64,000 nt of DNA, taken from Rikenellaceae bacterium (GTDB lineage Bacteria > Bacteroidota > Bacteroidia > Bacteroidales > Rikenellaceae). The stretch lies in assembly GCA_044433305.1 (NCBI GenBank), contig JAWXTS010000003.1, positions 417 through 64,416 on the forward strand, given 5' to 3'. The translations under genes and the position numbers were made by a program. Below the pieces are notes generated by a model that was given only the letters and a program-made list of their open reading frames with translations, had not been told where the DNA came from and searched no databases. Positions 19,927-30,539 of the stretch are shown here, piece by piece; the stretch's first letter is position 1; each line of letters starts with the position of its first letter.

Positions 19927-20712
19927 ATGAAACTTTGGGGTAACAAGTCGAAAGGGCCACAGCAGGCTCTTAAGGGTGAGAAGACAACGTTCGACCACCC
20001 TCAGCTAGGGCTTGTTACCCTAAATCGTTCATTAAGGGCCACGCGCATATCGCTCAGCGTTGATGCCAAGGCAAATGTAAAACTCACCATCCCCTACAAC
20101 TACGACAAAAGTATGGGAATTAAGTTTCTGAACACTAAGATAGACTGGATTCTGGGAGCTATGCAGAGGGCCGAAAAGCGCAATGTCGAACGCAATAAAA
20201 TCATCGAGCCACCTTTCTCAACTAAGTTTCACAGGCTAAGACTAGAGGCGCAGCAGCGCAGCAACGTGGGCATAGTAGTGTCTGATAATGAGCTTATTGT
20301 AAGCTACCCCTCGAATATGGATTACAAAAGTCCAAACATTCAAGCCATCATCTCTCAGGCCATAGAGAAGCTATGCCGTACTGAGGCACAGGGCTATCTC
20401 CCACAACGTGTAGAACAACTAGCACAATATTGCAGACAGAGGGAACCACGCTATAAGTGGCAATGTGGCAAAGTCAGCGTACGCAAGGCACGCACCCGCT
20501 GGGGAAGTTGTGCTGCGAACAACAACCTCTCTCTCAACATAAGCCTTATGCTACTGCCCGACAGACTCATAGACTATGTTATTCTGCACGAGCTGACACA
20601 CACCGTGCACAAGAATCACTCTAGCGACTTTCACAATCTGCTAGACAGGTTATTAATGGGGAACGAAGCCGCCCTGAGCAAGGAAATGAAAAACTTCAGA
20701 ACCATGAAGTAA
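19927..20712 (+). CDS. YgjP-like M48/DUF45 metal-dependent hydrolase
   Basis: 261 aa. C-terminal HELTHTVHKNH (HExxH) and a WGSC block typical of DUF45. Confidence 0.75.
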   Translation: MKLWGNKSKGPQQALKGEKTTFDHPQLGLVTLNRSLRATRISLSVDAKANVKLTIPYNYDKSMGIKFLNTKIDWILGAMQRAEKRNVERNKIIEPPFSTKFHRLRLEAQQRSNVGIVVSDNELIVSYPSNMDYKSPNIQAIISQAIEKLCRTEAQGYLPQRVEQLAQYCRQREPRYKWQCGKVSVRKARTRWGSCAANNNLSLNISLMLLPDRLIDYVILHELTHTVHKNHSSDFHNLLDRLLMGNEAALSKEMKNFRTMK

Positions 20713-20714
20713 GG

Positions 20715-22310
20715 CTACTCCTGCTGCAAAGCAACCTTTAGAACATCGTCAATCTCAGCGATATAGTAGTAGAAGGCATTATCCTCAAGCGGTGTATTGC
20801 GCCCAACAATAGCCTTAAGCTGAGGCAATAGAAGCTTGCGGTCGCTAGACAACGAGGAAGCATTCACGCCCTTAGAATTTGCACGCACATAGTTCACAAA
20901 CTCAGCATATATATCGTTTGCTTTATAGAAGTCATCCAGCTCAGAGAGAGTCTGTATCTTATTCAGCTGCTCGCGGTGAGCATCACAGAACTTAAGCGCG
21001 AAGCGGTAAATAAGATTCTCCCTTAGTATGTTCTGCATGTTTCTAGAATAGCGTGTAGAGTCGGCTGGCACAAACTTATCAGGCATAATGCCACCACCGC
21101 CATAGACGATGCGACCCTCGGGCGTTGTGAAGCGCAAGGTAGAATCAAACTTGATGCTATCGGCATTAAAGAACTCGTCGTGCATATATCTATCAAGCAC
21201 TTCTTCCTCATACTTGTCGCTACCATTGTCATAAGGTTTTTGAATGGAGCGTCCCGTTGGAGTATAGTACCTTGCAACAGTAAGCCTTACGGCTGAGCCA
21301 TCAGAGAAAGGCACCTGCTCCTGAACCAGACCCTTGCCAAACGAGCGACGACCGATAATCATGGCGCGGTCATTATCCTGCATAGCACCAGAGAGTATCT
21401 CGCTAGATGAGGCACTGCCCTCGTCAATAAGCATCATGAGTTCTACGTCGCTAAACTGACCCTGCCCATCACTATACTGGCGAGTCTGACGTTTATTTTT
21501 ATCCTCGGTATAGACTATAAGTTTGTTGGCAGCCAAGAACTCGTTGGCTATCATAATAGCTTGATCCAAAAAGCCTCCTGAATTGCCCCTAAGGTCGAAA
21601 ATAAGGCGTGTCATGCCCTGCTGCTTGAAGCTTGCCAATGCCTCGATAAGTTCTTTGTAAGAGGTGCGCGAGAAACGAGACAGCTTAACAAAGCCCACCT
21701 GTGGAGCTATCATAAATGCAGCATCAAGACTCTTGATTGGAATAACACCACGGATAACAGGGATGGTCATGTTGCTACTCACGCCCGAACGCTCAATCAG
21801 AAGGTTTACCTCCGTATCGCGTGGACCACGCAATAATTTGACAACACTATCTTGAGGCATGCTCTGCCCTGCAATATTCTTGTCGTCTACTTTGATTATT
21901 CTATCTCCAGCGACTATTCCTGCCTTGAAGCTAGGTCCTCCGCTGATAACATTGAGCACCACAACAGTGTCTGTCATCATATTGAACACCACGCCTATAC
22001 CATCGAACTTGCCATCCAAGGCCTCGTTTGCATCCGACATATCTTCGTAGGGGATATACACAGAGTGAGGGTCCAGCTCGGCTAATATCTCAGGAATAAT
22101 CTTCTCCTGAATATCATTGATAGAAACCGAATCGACATAGTTGTGCTCTATGAGCTTTAGTAGATAGGATGTTTTTGTTTCCGCCGTGCGGGCCACTTTT
22201 GAAGGGGCTGTACGATTTGGGGATATATATAGACCCAGGTACATACCTACAACTATGCTTGCAGCAATAATCGTAGGCATTATTATTTTTTTGACAGGAT
22301 TTTTATACAT
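20715..22310 (-). CDS. S41 C-terminal processing peptidase with PDZ domain
   Basis: 531 aa. N-terminal TM, PDZ (GDRIIKVDD), catalytic GSASSSEI and a K-containing block. Confidence 0.9.
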   Translation of the reverse strand: MYKNPVKKIIMPTIIAASIVVGMYLGLYISPNRTAPSKVARTAETKTSYLLKLIEHNYVDSVSINDIQEKIIPEILAELDPHSVYIPYEDMSDANEALDGKFDGIGVVFNMMTDTVVVLNVISGGPSFKAGIVAGDRIIKVDDKNIAGQSMPQDSVVKLLRGPRDTEVNLLIERSGVSSNMTIPVIRGVIPIKSLDAAFMIAPQVGFVKLSRFSRTSYKELIEALASFKQQGMTRLIFDLRGNSGGFLDQAIMIANEFLAANKLIVYTEDKNKRQTRQYSDGQGQFSDVELMMLIDEGSASSSEILSGAMQDNDRAMIIGRRSFGKGLVQEQVPFSDGSAVRLTVARYYTPTGRSIQKPYDNGSDKYEEEVLDRYMHDEFFNADSIKFDSTLRFTTPEGRIVYGGGGIMPDKFVPADSTRYSRNMQNILRENLIYRFALKFCDAHREQLNKIQTLSELDDFYKANDIYAEFVNYVRANSKGVNASSLSSDRKLLLPQLKAIVGRNTPLEDNAFYYYIAEIDDVLKVALQQE

Positions 22311-22326
22311 AATGCTTATGTTGGGG

Positions 22327-23307
22327 TTACTTTACAAGTGAGTAGCTTAAGCCTATACTTAGCGAGTACTTAAACTGCACTTGTTCGGGTCGTGGCGTGA
22401 CAGCCGATTTGTCATAGAATGACAGAAGATAAAATGTTGCTGTAAGGTATTTTGTCGGAGAAAAATCTAGCGTATTCTCCCAACGTACGATAGGGTCAGA
22501 CTTGAAGTTGGTGAAGGAATAGACATTGCTCTGGTAGCGCACCATCTCTTTCTTGCCAAATTTCTTGTCAAAGGCGATACGGATTGATGGACCAAGTTCA
22601 CTCTTAAAATGACTTCCTGCATCCACACCTGCCGTACCTGCTGCCGACAGAGAATCATCCATTACGATAACCATATTTCCCGTTGCTGGAGAAAGACTTA
22701 TCTCGAATGGCGAACCCTCTTTTTTATAGTTGAAACCAAGGGCCACATCAGAGTATGCAGGCGAAAGGAAGGTCGATATCAACGTTTTGTCTGTTATGGA
22801 TGTATATCCGTTGGCAAACTGGCTACGGAAGTTTACAGAACCTCCATACGACCATGAGTCCTTGATGGTCCATGCCATCTGCCAGCTAAACTGAAACTCA
22901 TCCTCGTTTTTGAAGACCTCACTATCTATGACATTGACACCATAACGAGCAGAGAATCCCGTTGTTACGGTCATAGTTTCTTTCTTATACTCGTGCTTTA
23001 TAGAGAAGGTTGAGCGGCCCGTAAAGGTGTTTGTACCGCCCGACTCCCAGTTGTCGAATGCTGTTTGCGAAACCTGAAGCGTCGCTCCTAGCTCCATCTT
23101 GTTTCTATCCTTGCGCAGTTGCAGTTTCTCGGCACGCCACTTGGCTGCACTGAAATATGGATTATAAAGGGAGTCGACCATGGCAACGGTATCTATGACC
23201 ACTGTTCCCTGCAAGTCTCTTTCTTCGGTTGATATTGAGAATTGTGCTTTGGCTGATGTTGACACTAGTAGTGCTAGAGCCACTAAAGCAAAAAATATTT
23301 TCTTCAT
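22327..23307 (-). CDS. DUF3078-like outer-membrane beta-barrel protein
   Basis: 326 aa. Signal peptide (SAKAQ), alternating beta-strand pattern, aromatic C-terminus (SYSLVK). Confidence 0.6.
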   Translation of the reverse strand: MKKIFFALVALALLVSTSAKAQFSISTEERDLQGTVVIDTVAMVDSLYNPYFSAAKWRAEKLQLRKDRNKMELGATLQVSQTAFDNWESGGTNTFTGRSTFSIKHEYKKETMTVTTGFSARYGVNVIDSEVFKNEDEFQFSWQMAWTIKDSWSYGGSVNFRSQFANGYTSITDKTLISTFLSPAYSDVALGFNYKKEGSPFEISLSPATGNMVIVMDDSLSAAGTAGVDAGSHFKSELGPSIRIAFDKKFGKKEMVRYQSNVYSFTNFKSDPIVRWENTLDFSPTKYLTATFYLLSFYDKSAVTPRPEQVQFKYSLSIGLSYSLVK

Positions 23308-23331
23308 AATTATTTTATAGTTTTACGGTTA

Positions 23332-23339
23332 CAAAGGTA
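23332..23339 (-). promoter_or_regulatory. -7 promoter box (TACCTTTG) for the DUF3078-ctp unit
   Basis: TAnnTTTG match on the minus strand, 25 nt upstream of the ATG at 23307. Confidence 0.5.
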
Positions 23340-23440
23340 CGAAAAATACACTTTATTCAAAACGCTTTAACTCAATAAAAACGTATAACCAATGCACGCA
23401 ATAATGCAGGTTTAGGGCAATTATTTATGTCTTTAGGGGT

Positions 23441-23500
23441 GATATTGCTCTAAAATTAGATTTTGTATAGACAATTTTGTATAAAATAAGGAGCAATATC
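23441..23500. repeat. 10-bp perfect inverted repeat enclosing a tandem ATTTTGTATA direct repeat, upstream of nadB
   Basis: GATATTGCTC (23441-23450) pairs with GAGCAATATC (23491-23500). ATTTTGTATA occurs at 23460-23469 and again at 23474-23483. Confidence 0.8.
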
Positions 23501-23521
23501 TTAGTATCCGTGTATTTTTTG

Positions 23522-23529
23522 TAACTTTG
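23522..23529 (+). promoter_or_regulatory. -7 promoter box (TAACTTTG) for nadB-prfC
   Basis: TAnnTTTG match 61 nt upstream of the nadB ATG. Confidence 0.5.
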
Positions 23530-23589
23530 CCTCTGGTGAGCAAATTTCTATTCTAGGGGTAGATTATAGCTCTAATTACAGACAATAAG

Positions 23590-25173
23590 ATGAGTATCAA
23601 AACAGATTTTTTAGTTATAGGTAGTGGCATTGCAGGCCTTACCTACGCGCTTAAAGCAGCGGAGCACGGCAAAGTACTCCTTATCACAAAAAGCGACATT
23701 AGCGAGACCAACACTAGTTTCGCTCAGGGTGGCATCGCAGCGGTAACCTACGACCCAGACACCATCGAAAACCATATAGCCGACACACTGATATGTGGCG
23801 CGGGGCAATGCAACGAGGATGCAGTGAGACACGTTGTTACCAACGCTCCTAGGATGATTAAGCAACTTATAGACTGGGGTACAAAATTTGATAAAGACGG
23901 CAGAGGTCTCTATGAACTTGCCCGCGAGGGAGGACATACTCAGAGCCGCATACTCCACCACCAAGATATTACAGGTGCCGAGATTCAACGCGCACTAGTC
24001 TATCAAGTCAAAAGACACAAAAACATAGAAGTCAGAGAACACCACTTTGCTGTGGATCTGCTTACCCAGCACCACTTGGGCCAGCTAGTGAAAAAAACCA
24101 GCTCAGATATTACTTGCTATGGTGCCTATGTTCTGAACATGAAAAAGAACGAGGTCATAAAGATTCTTTCTAAGGTTACTGTGCTTGCATCTGGAGGTAT
24201 AGGCAACTGCTACCACACAACGACAAACCCTTCTGTGGCAACAGGAGACGGCATAGCCATGGTACATAGAGCCAAGGGTCAGATAGACAATATGGAGTTC
24301 ATTCAGTTCCACCCAACCTCTCTGTACAACCCTGGGGAGAGACCTTCATTCCTTATCACCGAGGCCATGCGTGGTTTTGGCGGCATACTCAAGCTTCAGA
24401 ACGGCAAGGAGTTTATGCACAAGTATCACCACATGGGCTCGCTAGCTCCACGCGATATAGTATCGCGAAGCATAGACAACGAGATGAAGATGAGCGGCGA
24501 CGACTTTGTGTATCTAGACATCACGCACAAAGACCCTAAGGCAGTTATTGCCCACTTCCCAAATATCTACGAGAAGTGTCTTTCCATTGGCATAGACCTT
24601 ACAAAAGACATGATACCTGTTGTGCCTGCCGCGCACTACTGCTGTGGCGGAATCAAGGTAGACCTCAATGGTCAGACATCTATCAAGCACCTTTATAGCC
24701 TTGGCGAGACATCATCGACAGGACTACATGGAGCCAACCGCCTAGCTTCAAACTCGCTTAGCGAGGCTGCGGTATATGCCGACAGTGCAGCTAGCCACTC
24801 GACAGAACTTATCGGCAGCATAGAATTTGAAGAGAGTATTCCAGACTGGGACTATGAGGGAACCACCATACCTGACGAGATGGTTCTTATAACTCAGGCC
24901 TATAAAGAGATGCAACAAATCATGAGCAACTATGTTGGCATCGTTCGCTCAGACATGAGGCTTGAGCGTGCCAATCGCCGCCTAGCCATCATCTTTGACG
25001 AGACCGAAGAGTTATACACAACATCGACACTAAGCCAAAGCCTTTGCGAACTACGCAATATGATAGCCGTGGCCTACTTAATAATTAAACAAGCAAAAGA
25101 GTTGAAACAGAGCGTGGGTTCACACTACTCTCTAGATTACCCTCTTGTAAAACCGAACATCAATAAAGAATAA
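23590..25173 (+). CDS. nadB: L-aspartate oxidase
   Basis: 527 aa. FAD loop VIGSGIAGL, succinate dehydrogenase/fumarate reductase flavoprotein fold, HYCCGGI block. Confidence 0.93.
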   Translation: MSIKTDFLVIGSGIAGLTYALKAAEHGKVLLITKSDISETNTSFAQGGIAAVTYDPDTIENHIADTLICGAGQCNEDAVRHVVTNAPRMIKQLIDWGTKFDKDGRGLYELAREGGHTQSRILHHQDITGAEIQRALVYQVKRHKNIEVREHHFAVDLLTQHHLGQLVKKTSSDITCYGAYVLNMKKNEVIKILSKVTVLASGGIGNCYHTTTNPSVATGDGIAMVHRAKGQIDNMEFIQFHPTSLYNPGERPSFLITEAMRGFGGILKLQNGKEFMHKYHHMGSLAPRDIVSRSIDNEMKMSGDDFVYLDITHKDPKAVIAHFPNIYEKCLSIGIDLTKDMIPVVPAAHYCCGGIKVDLNGQTSIKHLYSLGETSSTGLHGANRLASNSLSEAAVYADSAASHSTELIGSIEFEESIPDWDYEGTTIPDEMVLITQAYKEMQQIMSNYVGIVRSDMRLERANRRLAIIFDETEELYTTSTLSQSLCELRNMIAVAYLIIKQAKELKQSVGSHYSLDYPLVKPNINKE

Positions 25174-26754
25174 ATGGGATTAACCGAAGAGATTAACCGC
25201 CGCAGGACCTTCGCCATCATCTCTCACCCAGATGCTGGTAAGACCACACTAACCGAGAAACTTCTACTTTTTGGTGGCGCGATACACGTTGCCGGAGCAG
25301 TAAAATCTAACAAGATAAAAAAAGGTGCTACATCCGACTTTATGGAGATTGAGCGTCAGAGAGGTATCTCTGTTGCTACCTCTGTTATGGGCTTTGAGTA
25401 CAAAGGAATAAAAATCAACATTCTTGATACCCCAGGCCATGAGGACTTTGCCGAGGACACTTACCGCACACTTACTGCCGTAGATAGCGTAATTATCGTT
25501 GTCGATGGAGCCAAAGGTGTCGAGCGTCAAACGCGCAAGCTTATGGAGGTATGCCGTATGCGCAAAACACCTGTGATGGTCTTTATCAACAAGATGGACC
25601 GCCCAAGCAAGGACCCATTCGACCTTATGGACGATATCGAGAGTGAGCTTCAGATTAAGGCCTGCCCTCTTGCGTGGCCAATAAGCAATGGTAATACTTT
25701 CAAAGGAGTTTACAACATCTACAAACAAAACCTATCTCTGTTTGTCTCTGATGACAAGACCAGACTCGAAGAGGGAGATATTGTTAACATGTCCCTTGAC
25801 AACCCAGATATAGACAAGTACATATCACCTTTCACCGAGACCATACGCGAGGAGGCTACTCTTATCGACGAGGTATATCCTCACTTTGATTTGGAGGCTT
25901 ATCGTCGTGGTGAGGTTGCGCCGCTATTCTTTGGTAGCGCGCTTAACAACTTTGGTGTGGCCGAGCTTTTGGATTGCTTTATCGACATAGCTCCATCACC
26001 GCGAAGCTCAACAACTCTGCAACGCGAGATAGACCCTTATGAGCAGAAGATGACAGGCTTCATTTTCAAGATACACGCCAATATGGACCCTAACCATCGC
26101 GACCGTATCGCCTTTATGAAAATATGCTCGGGCAAGTTTGAGCGCAACAAGGCCTACCTCCACACTGGCATAGGCAAGAACCTCAAGTTCTCGTCTCCCA
26201 CAGCCTTTATGGCCGAGAAGAAATCTATTATCGACGAGGCTTTCCCTGGCGATATTGTGGGTCTTCACGACACTGGCAACTTCAAGATTGGAGATACCCT
26301 AACCGAAGGCGAGAAACTTAAATTCACGGGTATACCTAGCTTCTCACCTGAGCTATTCCGCTACATAGAAAATGCCGACCCTCAGAAGTTCAAGCAGCTA
26401 GCAAAGGGAGTAGACCAACTTATGGACGAGGGTGTGGCCCAGCTATTCATCAACAAAATGAATGGCCGCAAGATTATCGGCACAGTTGGTGCTCTTCAGT
26501 TTGAGGTTATACAATACCGCCTAGAGCATGAGTATAGCGCGATGTGTAAGTACGAGCCTATACAGATACACAAAGCCTGTTGGATAGAGTCTGACAACAA
26601 AGAACAACTGGAGGACTTCCGCAAGCGCAAATACAATAACATGGCTACCGACAAGTATGGACGCGAGGTCTTTTTGGCCGACACATCCTATGCTCTGTCT
26701 ATGGCCATAGATAAGTTCCCTGATATAAAATTCCACTTTACATCAGAGTTTTAG
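25174..26754 (+). CDS. prfC: Peptide chain release factor 3
   Basis: 526 aa. GTPase G1 [30 protein letters not shown]. Confidence 0.95.
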   Translation: MGLTEEINRRRTFAIISHPDAGKTTLTEKLLLFGGAIHVAGAVKSNKIKKGATSDFMEIERQRGISVATSVMGFEYKGIKINILDTPGHEDFAEDTYRTLTAVDSVIIVVDGAKGVERQTRKLMEVCRMRKTPVMVFINKMDRPSKDPFDLMDDIESELQIKACPLAWPISNGNTFKGVYNIYKQNLSLFVSDDKTRLEEGDIVNMSLDNPDIDKYISPFTETIREEATLIDEVYPHFDLEAYRRGEVAPLFFGSALNNFGVAELLDCFIDIAPSPRSSTTLQREIDPYEQKMTGFIFKIHANMDPNHRDRIAFMKICSGKFERNKAYLHTGIGKNLKFSSPTAFMAEKKSIIDEAFPGDIVGLHDTGNFKIGDTLTEGEKLKFTGIPSFSPELFRYIENADPQKFKQLAKGVDQLMDEGVAQLFINKMNGRKIIGTVGALQFEVIQYRLEHEYSAMCKYEPIQIHKACWIESDNKEQLEDFRKRKYNNMATDKYGREVFLADTSYALSMAIDKFPDIKFHFTSEF

Positions 26755-26794
26755 AAAAAAATTTGTTACCTTAGCAACATAAATATATATCAAT

Positions 26795-28522
26795 ATGACG
26801 CCCAATCTGTCTGAACAAGAAATCATAAGACGCAACTCCCTTAACGAGTTACGTAAATTAGGCATCGAGCCTTACCCAGCAGCTAAGTATGAAGTTACGG
26901 CCAATGCTGCACAAATAACAAAAGAGTTTGACCCTGAGAAAAACAACTTACAGAACATAACAATCGCAGGACGAATCATGAGCCGCCGCATTATGGGTAG
27001 CGCATCTTTCTTCGAGATTCAGGACCACACAGGAAAGATTCAAGTATATATCCGTCGCGACGACGTATGTCCTGAGGGTGATTCGACACTATACAACACA
27101 GTATTCAAAAAGCTACTTGACATAGGTGATATTATCGGTGTCGAGGGTTTTGTGTTCATAACTCAAACTGGCGAACTGTCGGTTCACTGCCAGAAGTTCA
27201 CTGTACTTAGCAAATCACTACGCCCACTGCCTATCGTAAAAGAAAAGGACGGCGAGGTGTATGATGCTTTTAGCGATCCAGAGTTGCGCTACCGCCAACG
27301 CTATGTTGACCTTATCGTAAACCCTCACGTTAAAGAAACATTCTTGCAACGTAGCAAGATTATCAATACCATGCGCTCGTTCTTCAACGAGAAAGGATAT
27401 GCCGAGGTCGAGACGCCAATACTTCAACCTATACCTGGTGGAGCTACGGCACGCCCATTCATCACTCACCACAACGCACTAGACATCCCTCTTTATATGC
27501 GTATTGCCAACGAGCTTTACCTAAAGAGACTTATCGTGGGTGGCTTTGACGGTGTTTATGAATTTGCTAAGGACTTCCGCAACGAGGGTATGGACCGCAC
27601 TCACAATCCAGAGTTCACCGTTCTAGAGATTTATGTAGCCTACAAGGACTACTTGTGGATGATGGAATTTGTGGAACAAATGTTGGAGAGAGTAGCCATG
27701 GCACTCCATGGCACCACAGACGTACAGATTGGCGAGCAGATGATTAGCTTCAAGGCTCCATTCCGTCGCCTAAGCATGACAGACGCTATAAAAGAAAAAA
27801 CAGGCTTTGACATTACAGGCAAGAGCGAGGCTGAGCTACGCGAGGCATGCCAGAACCTGAAAGTCGAAATCAACCCTACTATGGGTAAAGGTAAACTTAT
27901 AGATGCTATCTTCGGCACTTTCTGCGAGGATTCACTTATACAGCCAACCTTCATCATCGACTACCCAATAGATATGTCGCCACTATGCAAGCGTCACCGC
28001 GAGAACAGCGAGCTAACAGAGCGTTTCGAGCTATTTGTAAATGGCAAGGAGCTATGTAATGCTTACTCTGAGCTTAACGACCCTATCGACCAGCTAGACC
28101 GCTTCCAAGAGCAGTTGCGCCTAAGCGAGAACGGTGATGACGAGGCTATGTTCATTGACATGGACTTTGTGCGTGCACTAGAATACGGCATGCCAACATG
28201 TTCTGGTATGGGTATAGGTATCGACCGACTAACAATGTTTATGACAAATAATCAATCTATTCAGGATGTGTTATTCTTCCCACAGATGCGCCCAGAGAAG
28301 AAAGTTGTAAATGACCCAGTTGAGGCTTACACGGCAATCGGAGTCCCAGAAGAATGGGTAGAGGTGATACAGAAAATGGGATATATCACAGTTGCATCGC
28401 TTGGCAAGCTGTCAGCAGGCAAGTTCTTTAACGAGCTTTGTGGCTTCAACAAGAAGAACAAGCTAGGTCTTAAAGCACCATCAGCTGACGATGTTAAAGC
28501 ATGGATAGAAGCAAACCAATAA
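26795..28522 (+). CDS. lysS: Lysine--tRNA ligase (class II) with ~70-aa C-terminal extension
   Basis: 575 aa. OB anticodon-binding domain and class II motifs ([14 protein letters not shown]). Confidence 0.95.
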   Translation: MTPNLSEQEIIRRNSLNELRKLGIEPYPAAKYEVTANAAQITKEFDPEKNNLQNITIAGRIMSRRIMGSASFFEIQDHTGKIQVYIRRDDVCPEGDSTLYNTVFKKLLDIGDIIGVEGFVFITQTGELSVHCQKFTVLSKSLRPLPIVKEKDGEVYDAFSDPELRYRQRYVDLIVNPHVKETFLQRSKIINTMRSFFNEKGYAEVETPILQPIPGGATARPFITHHNALDIPLYMRIANELYLKRLIVGGFDGVYEFAKDFRNEGMDRTHNPEFTVLEIYVAYKDYLWMMEFVEQMLERVAMALHGTTDVQIGEQMISFKAPFRRLSMTDAIKEKTGFDITGKSEAELREACQNLKVEINPTMGKGKLIDAIFGTFCEDSLIQPTFIIDYPIDMSPLCKRHRENSELTERFELFVNGKELCNAYSELNDPIDQLDRFQEQLRLSENGDDEAMFIDMDFVRALEYGMPTCSGMGIGIDRLTMFMTNNQSIQDVLFFPQMRPEKKVVNDPVEAYTAIGVPEEWVEVIQKMGYITVASLGKLSAGKFFNELCGFNKKNKLGLKAPSADDVKAWIEANQ

Positions 28523-28538
28523 TTAAAATTATAACCTT

Positions 28539-29300
28539 ATGAGAAAACAAATTGTAGCAGGAAACTGGAAGATGAACACAACACCAGCACAAGGTGTTGA
28601 GCTAATCAAGAGTGTAGCCAGTCTGAAATCTGAGATTCAGGGACCAGTAGAACTTATCGTATGCCCACCATTCACTCACTTGAGCGAAGTGGCAAAAATA
28701 GCTAAAGTATCGGGAGTGGGCGTAGGTGCCCAGAACTGTGCAGACAAGGCTTCGGGAGCATACACAGGTGAAATTTCGGCTAGCATGATTGCATCTCTAG
28801 CTGTTGAGTACGTAATTCTTGGACACTCTGAGCGTCGCGAGTATTATGGTGAGAACAGCCAGACACTAAAAAGCAAAATTGCTCTCTGCTACGAGAATGG
28901 TTTGACTCCTATATACTGCGTTGGTGAGACCCTAGAGCAGCGCGAGGCTGACAAGCACTTCGAGATTATCAAGGCTCAACTTGTTGAGGTTTTGTCTGAT
29001 ATTACCGAAGAGCAGTTCAGCAAGCTTATAGTTGCTTATGAGCCTGTATGGGCCATAGGAACTGGCAAGACGGCATCTGCTGATCAGGCACAAGAGATTC
29101 ACGCTTACATACGTCAGGTGCTAACAACGATGTTTGGAGATGCAGCAGCCTCAACACCTATACTATATGGTGGTAGCTGCAAGCCTTCTAATGCAGTAGA
29201 GATATTTGCTAAGGAAGATGTTGACGGTGGTCTTATCGGTGGCGCAGCCCTTGTAGCCCAAGACTTTATAGATATCGCCAAGGCACACGGGGCACAATAA
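28539..29300 (+). CDS. tpiA: Triose-phosphate isomerase
   Basis: 253 aa with NWKMN, GHSERR and AYEPVWAIGTG motifs. Confidence 0.96.
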   Translation: MRKQIVAGNWKMNTTPAQGVELIKSVASLKSEIQGPVELIVCPPFTHLSEVAKIAKVSGVGVGAQNCADKASGAYTGEISASMIASLAVEYVILGHSERREYYGENSQTLKSKIALCYENGLTPIYCVGETLEQREADKHFEIIKAQLVEVLSDITEEQFSKLIVAYEPVWAIGTGKTASADQAQEIHAYIRQVLTTMFGDAAASTPILYGGSCKPSNAVEIFAKEDVDGGLIGGAALVAQDFIDIAKAHGAQ

Positions 29301-29409
29301 AGGTATAACGTACAGAGGATAATTAATCTAAATTAGATTTACGAGACTCTAGCTATACACCCATGGCTTGTGTGGCACACAACATATAGAGATAATAAGT
29401 TCTAATATA

Positions 29410-29449
29410 AATAATGAGCTATTCTTAATTGAAAGAATAGCTCATTATT
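29410..29449. terminator. Bidirectional hairpin terminator between convergent tpiA and the AHCY-like gene
   Basis: 17-bp perfect stem (29410-29426 / 29433-29449) with loop AATTGA, flanked by A/T-rich runs. Confidence 0.7.
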
Positions 29450-29471
29450 ATTTATACAACTACTAAAAGTC

Positions 29472-30539
29472 CTATCCTAGCAGTTCTTTTAATTCCTTGC
29501 TTATAACACCGTGCTCGAGGGTCTGATTAAGCAGCTGCTGCTCCATATCGTCGGGCGGAAGAATCACTTCCTGAGCAGAGCCGTTATTTATAAGGTACTC
29601 GACCCCAAGGTTATGCAACGACAATGTTGCATCTATATATTTTAGCTGTGTTGGCTCATCGAGAATAAAGTTCAGGCTGTCCTTTGCTGCCAAGATTCTG
29701 CTCGCAGCAAACGAGTCTCCATACTCATCTTCGGCACCCATATTGGCCAACAACACATCAGAAGTACTAAGCTCTGCCGCCGACAGTGTGCGCTCGACAG
29801 CACCACGCTGCCCTATTGCCGTAACCATGGCATAGCACCCCAGGACCTCTCTGGTAACCAGCTCCCTATCGCGGTAATCGACTACCTTATGTGCCTGTTC
29901 GACAACATAATCGGGCAACAATGCTGGGTCACTAACAACGACAACCTCAACGCCTCGCGTCTGCGCAGCCTTAAAGATACCCTGCCCTACCTTACCACAA
30001 CCAAACAGAGCCAAAGTTCGTCCCTGCCAGTTGTTATAACCAAGATAGTCCATGGCGCGAAAATAGCCCTCGCCCGTGCCGATACATGTCTCTATCATCT
30101 TAATTCGTCCACCATCGGCCATAAACACTCTCTGACCGCTTTCTTTATACAGTTCAGCACCCGAGCGTGTCAACTCGACCCTGCCCAAGCGAGCACCAAA
30201 AAACATGAACTGTGCAGCACAATCCATGATAATATCAAAGTCACGCGGAGTAGAATCGTTTCTGACCAGCTCTATGCCAGCCTCACGAACAAGCTCCAGC
30301 AGCTGCTCCGAAGTAGACGAACTAGGGTTCTGGCCTATCGACAAACTGGCACCAGCATATATAAGGTTCATGTACTTATATATGGAGTTGCGACACAAGG
30401 GCGTGGCATCCAATATCTCAAGCCCCTCAAGAGGTCTCGTCTTGGCCCACTCTGCTCTCTGCAAAGATAGCGTCGGGTACTCCTTTTCGCTATACTCTGT
30501 TGCAAAATATTGCTCTAGTTTAGAATACTGCTCCATCAT
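29472..30539 (-). CDS. Truncated adenosylhomocysteinase-fold NAD-binding protein (function unknown)
   Basis: 355 aa. Rossmann loop FGCGKVGQG and AHCY-like blocks (IETCIGTGEG, VTAIGQRG, NMGAEDEYG), but shorter than AhcY and with the HFD catalytic block degenerate. ATGA overlap with the upstream MATE gene. Confidence 0.55.
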   Translation of the reverse strand: MMEQYSKLEQYFATEYSEKEYPTLSLQRAEWAKTRPLEGLEILDATPLCRNSIYKYMNLIYAGASLSIGQNPSSSTSEQLLELVREAGIELVRNDSTPRDFDIIMDCAAQFMFFGARLGRVELTRSGAELYKESGQRVFMADGGRIKMIETCIGTGEGYFRAMDYLGYNNWQGRTLALFGCGKVGQGIFKAAQTRGVEVVVVSDPALLPDYVVEQAHKVVDYRDRELVTREVLGCYAMVTAIGQRGAVERTLSAAELSTSDVLLANMGAEDEYGDSFAASRILAAKDSLNFILDEPTQLKYIDATLSLHNLGVEYLINNGSAQEVILPPDDMEQQLLNQTLEHGVISKELKELLG

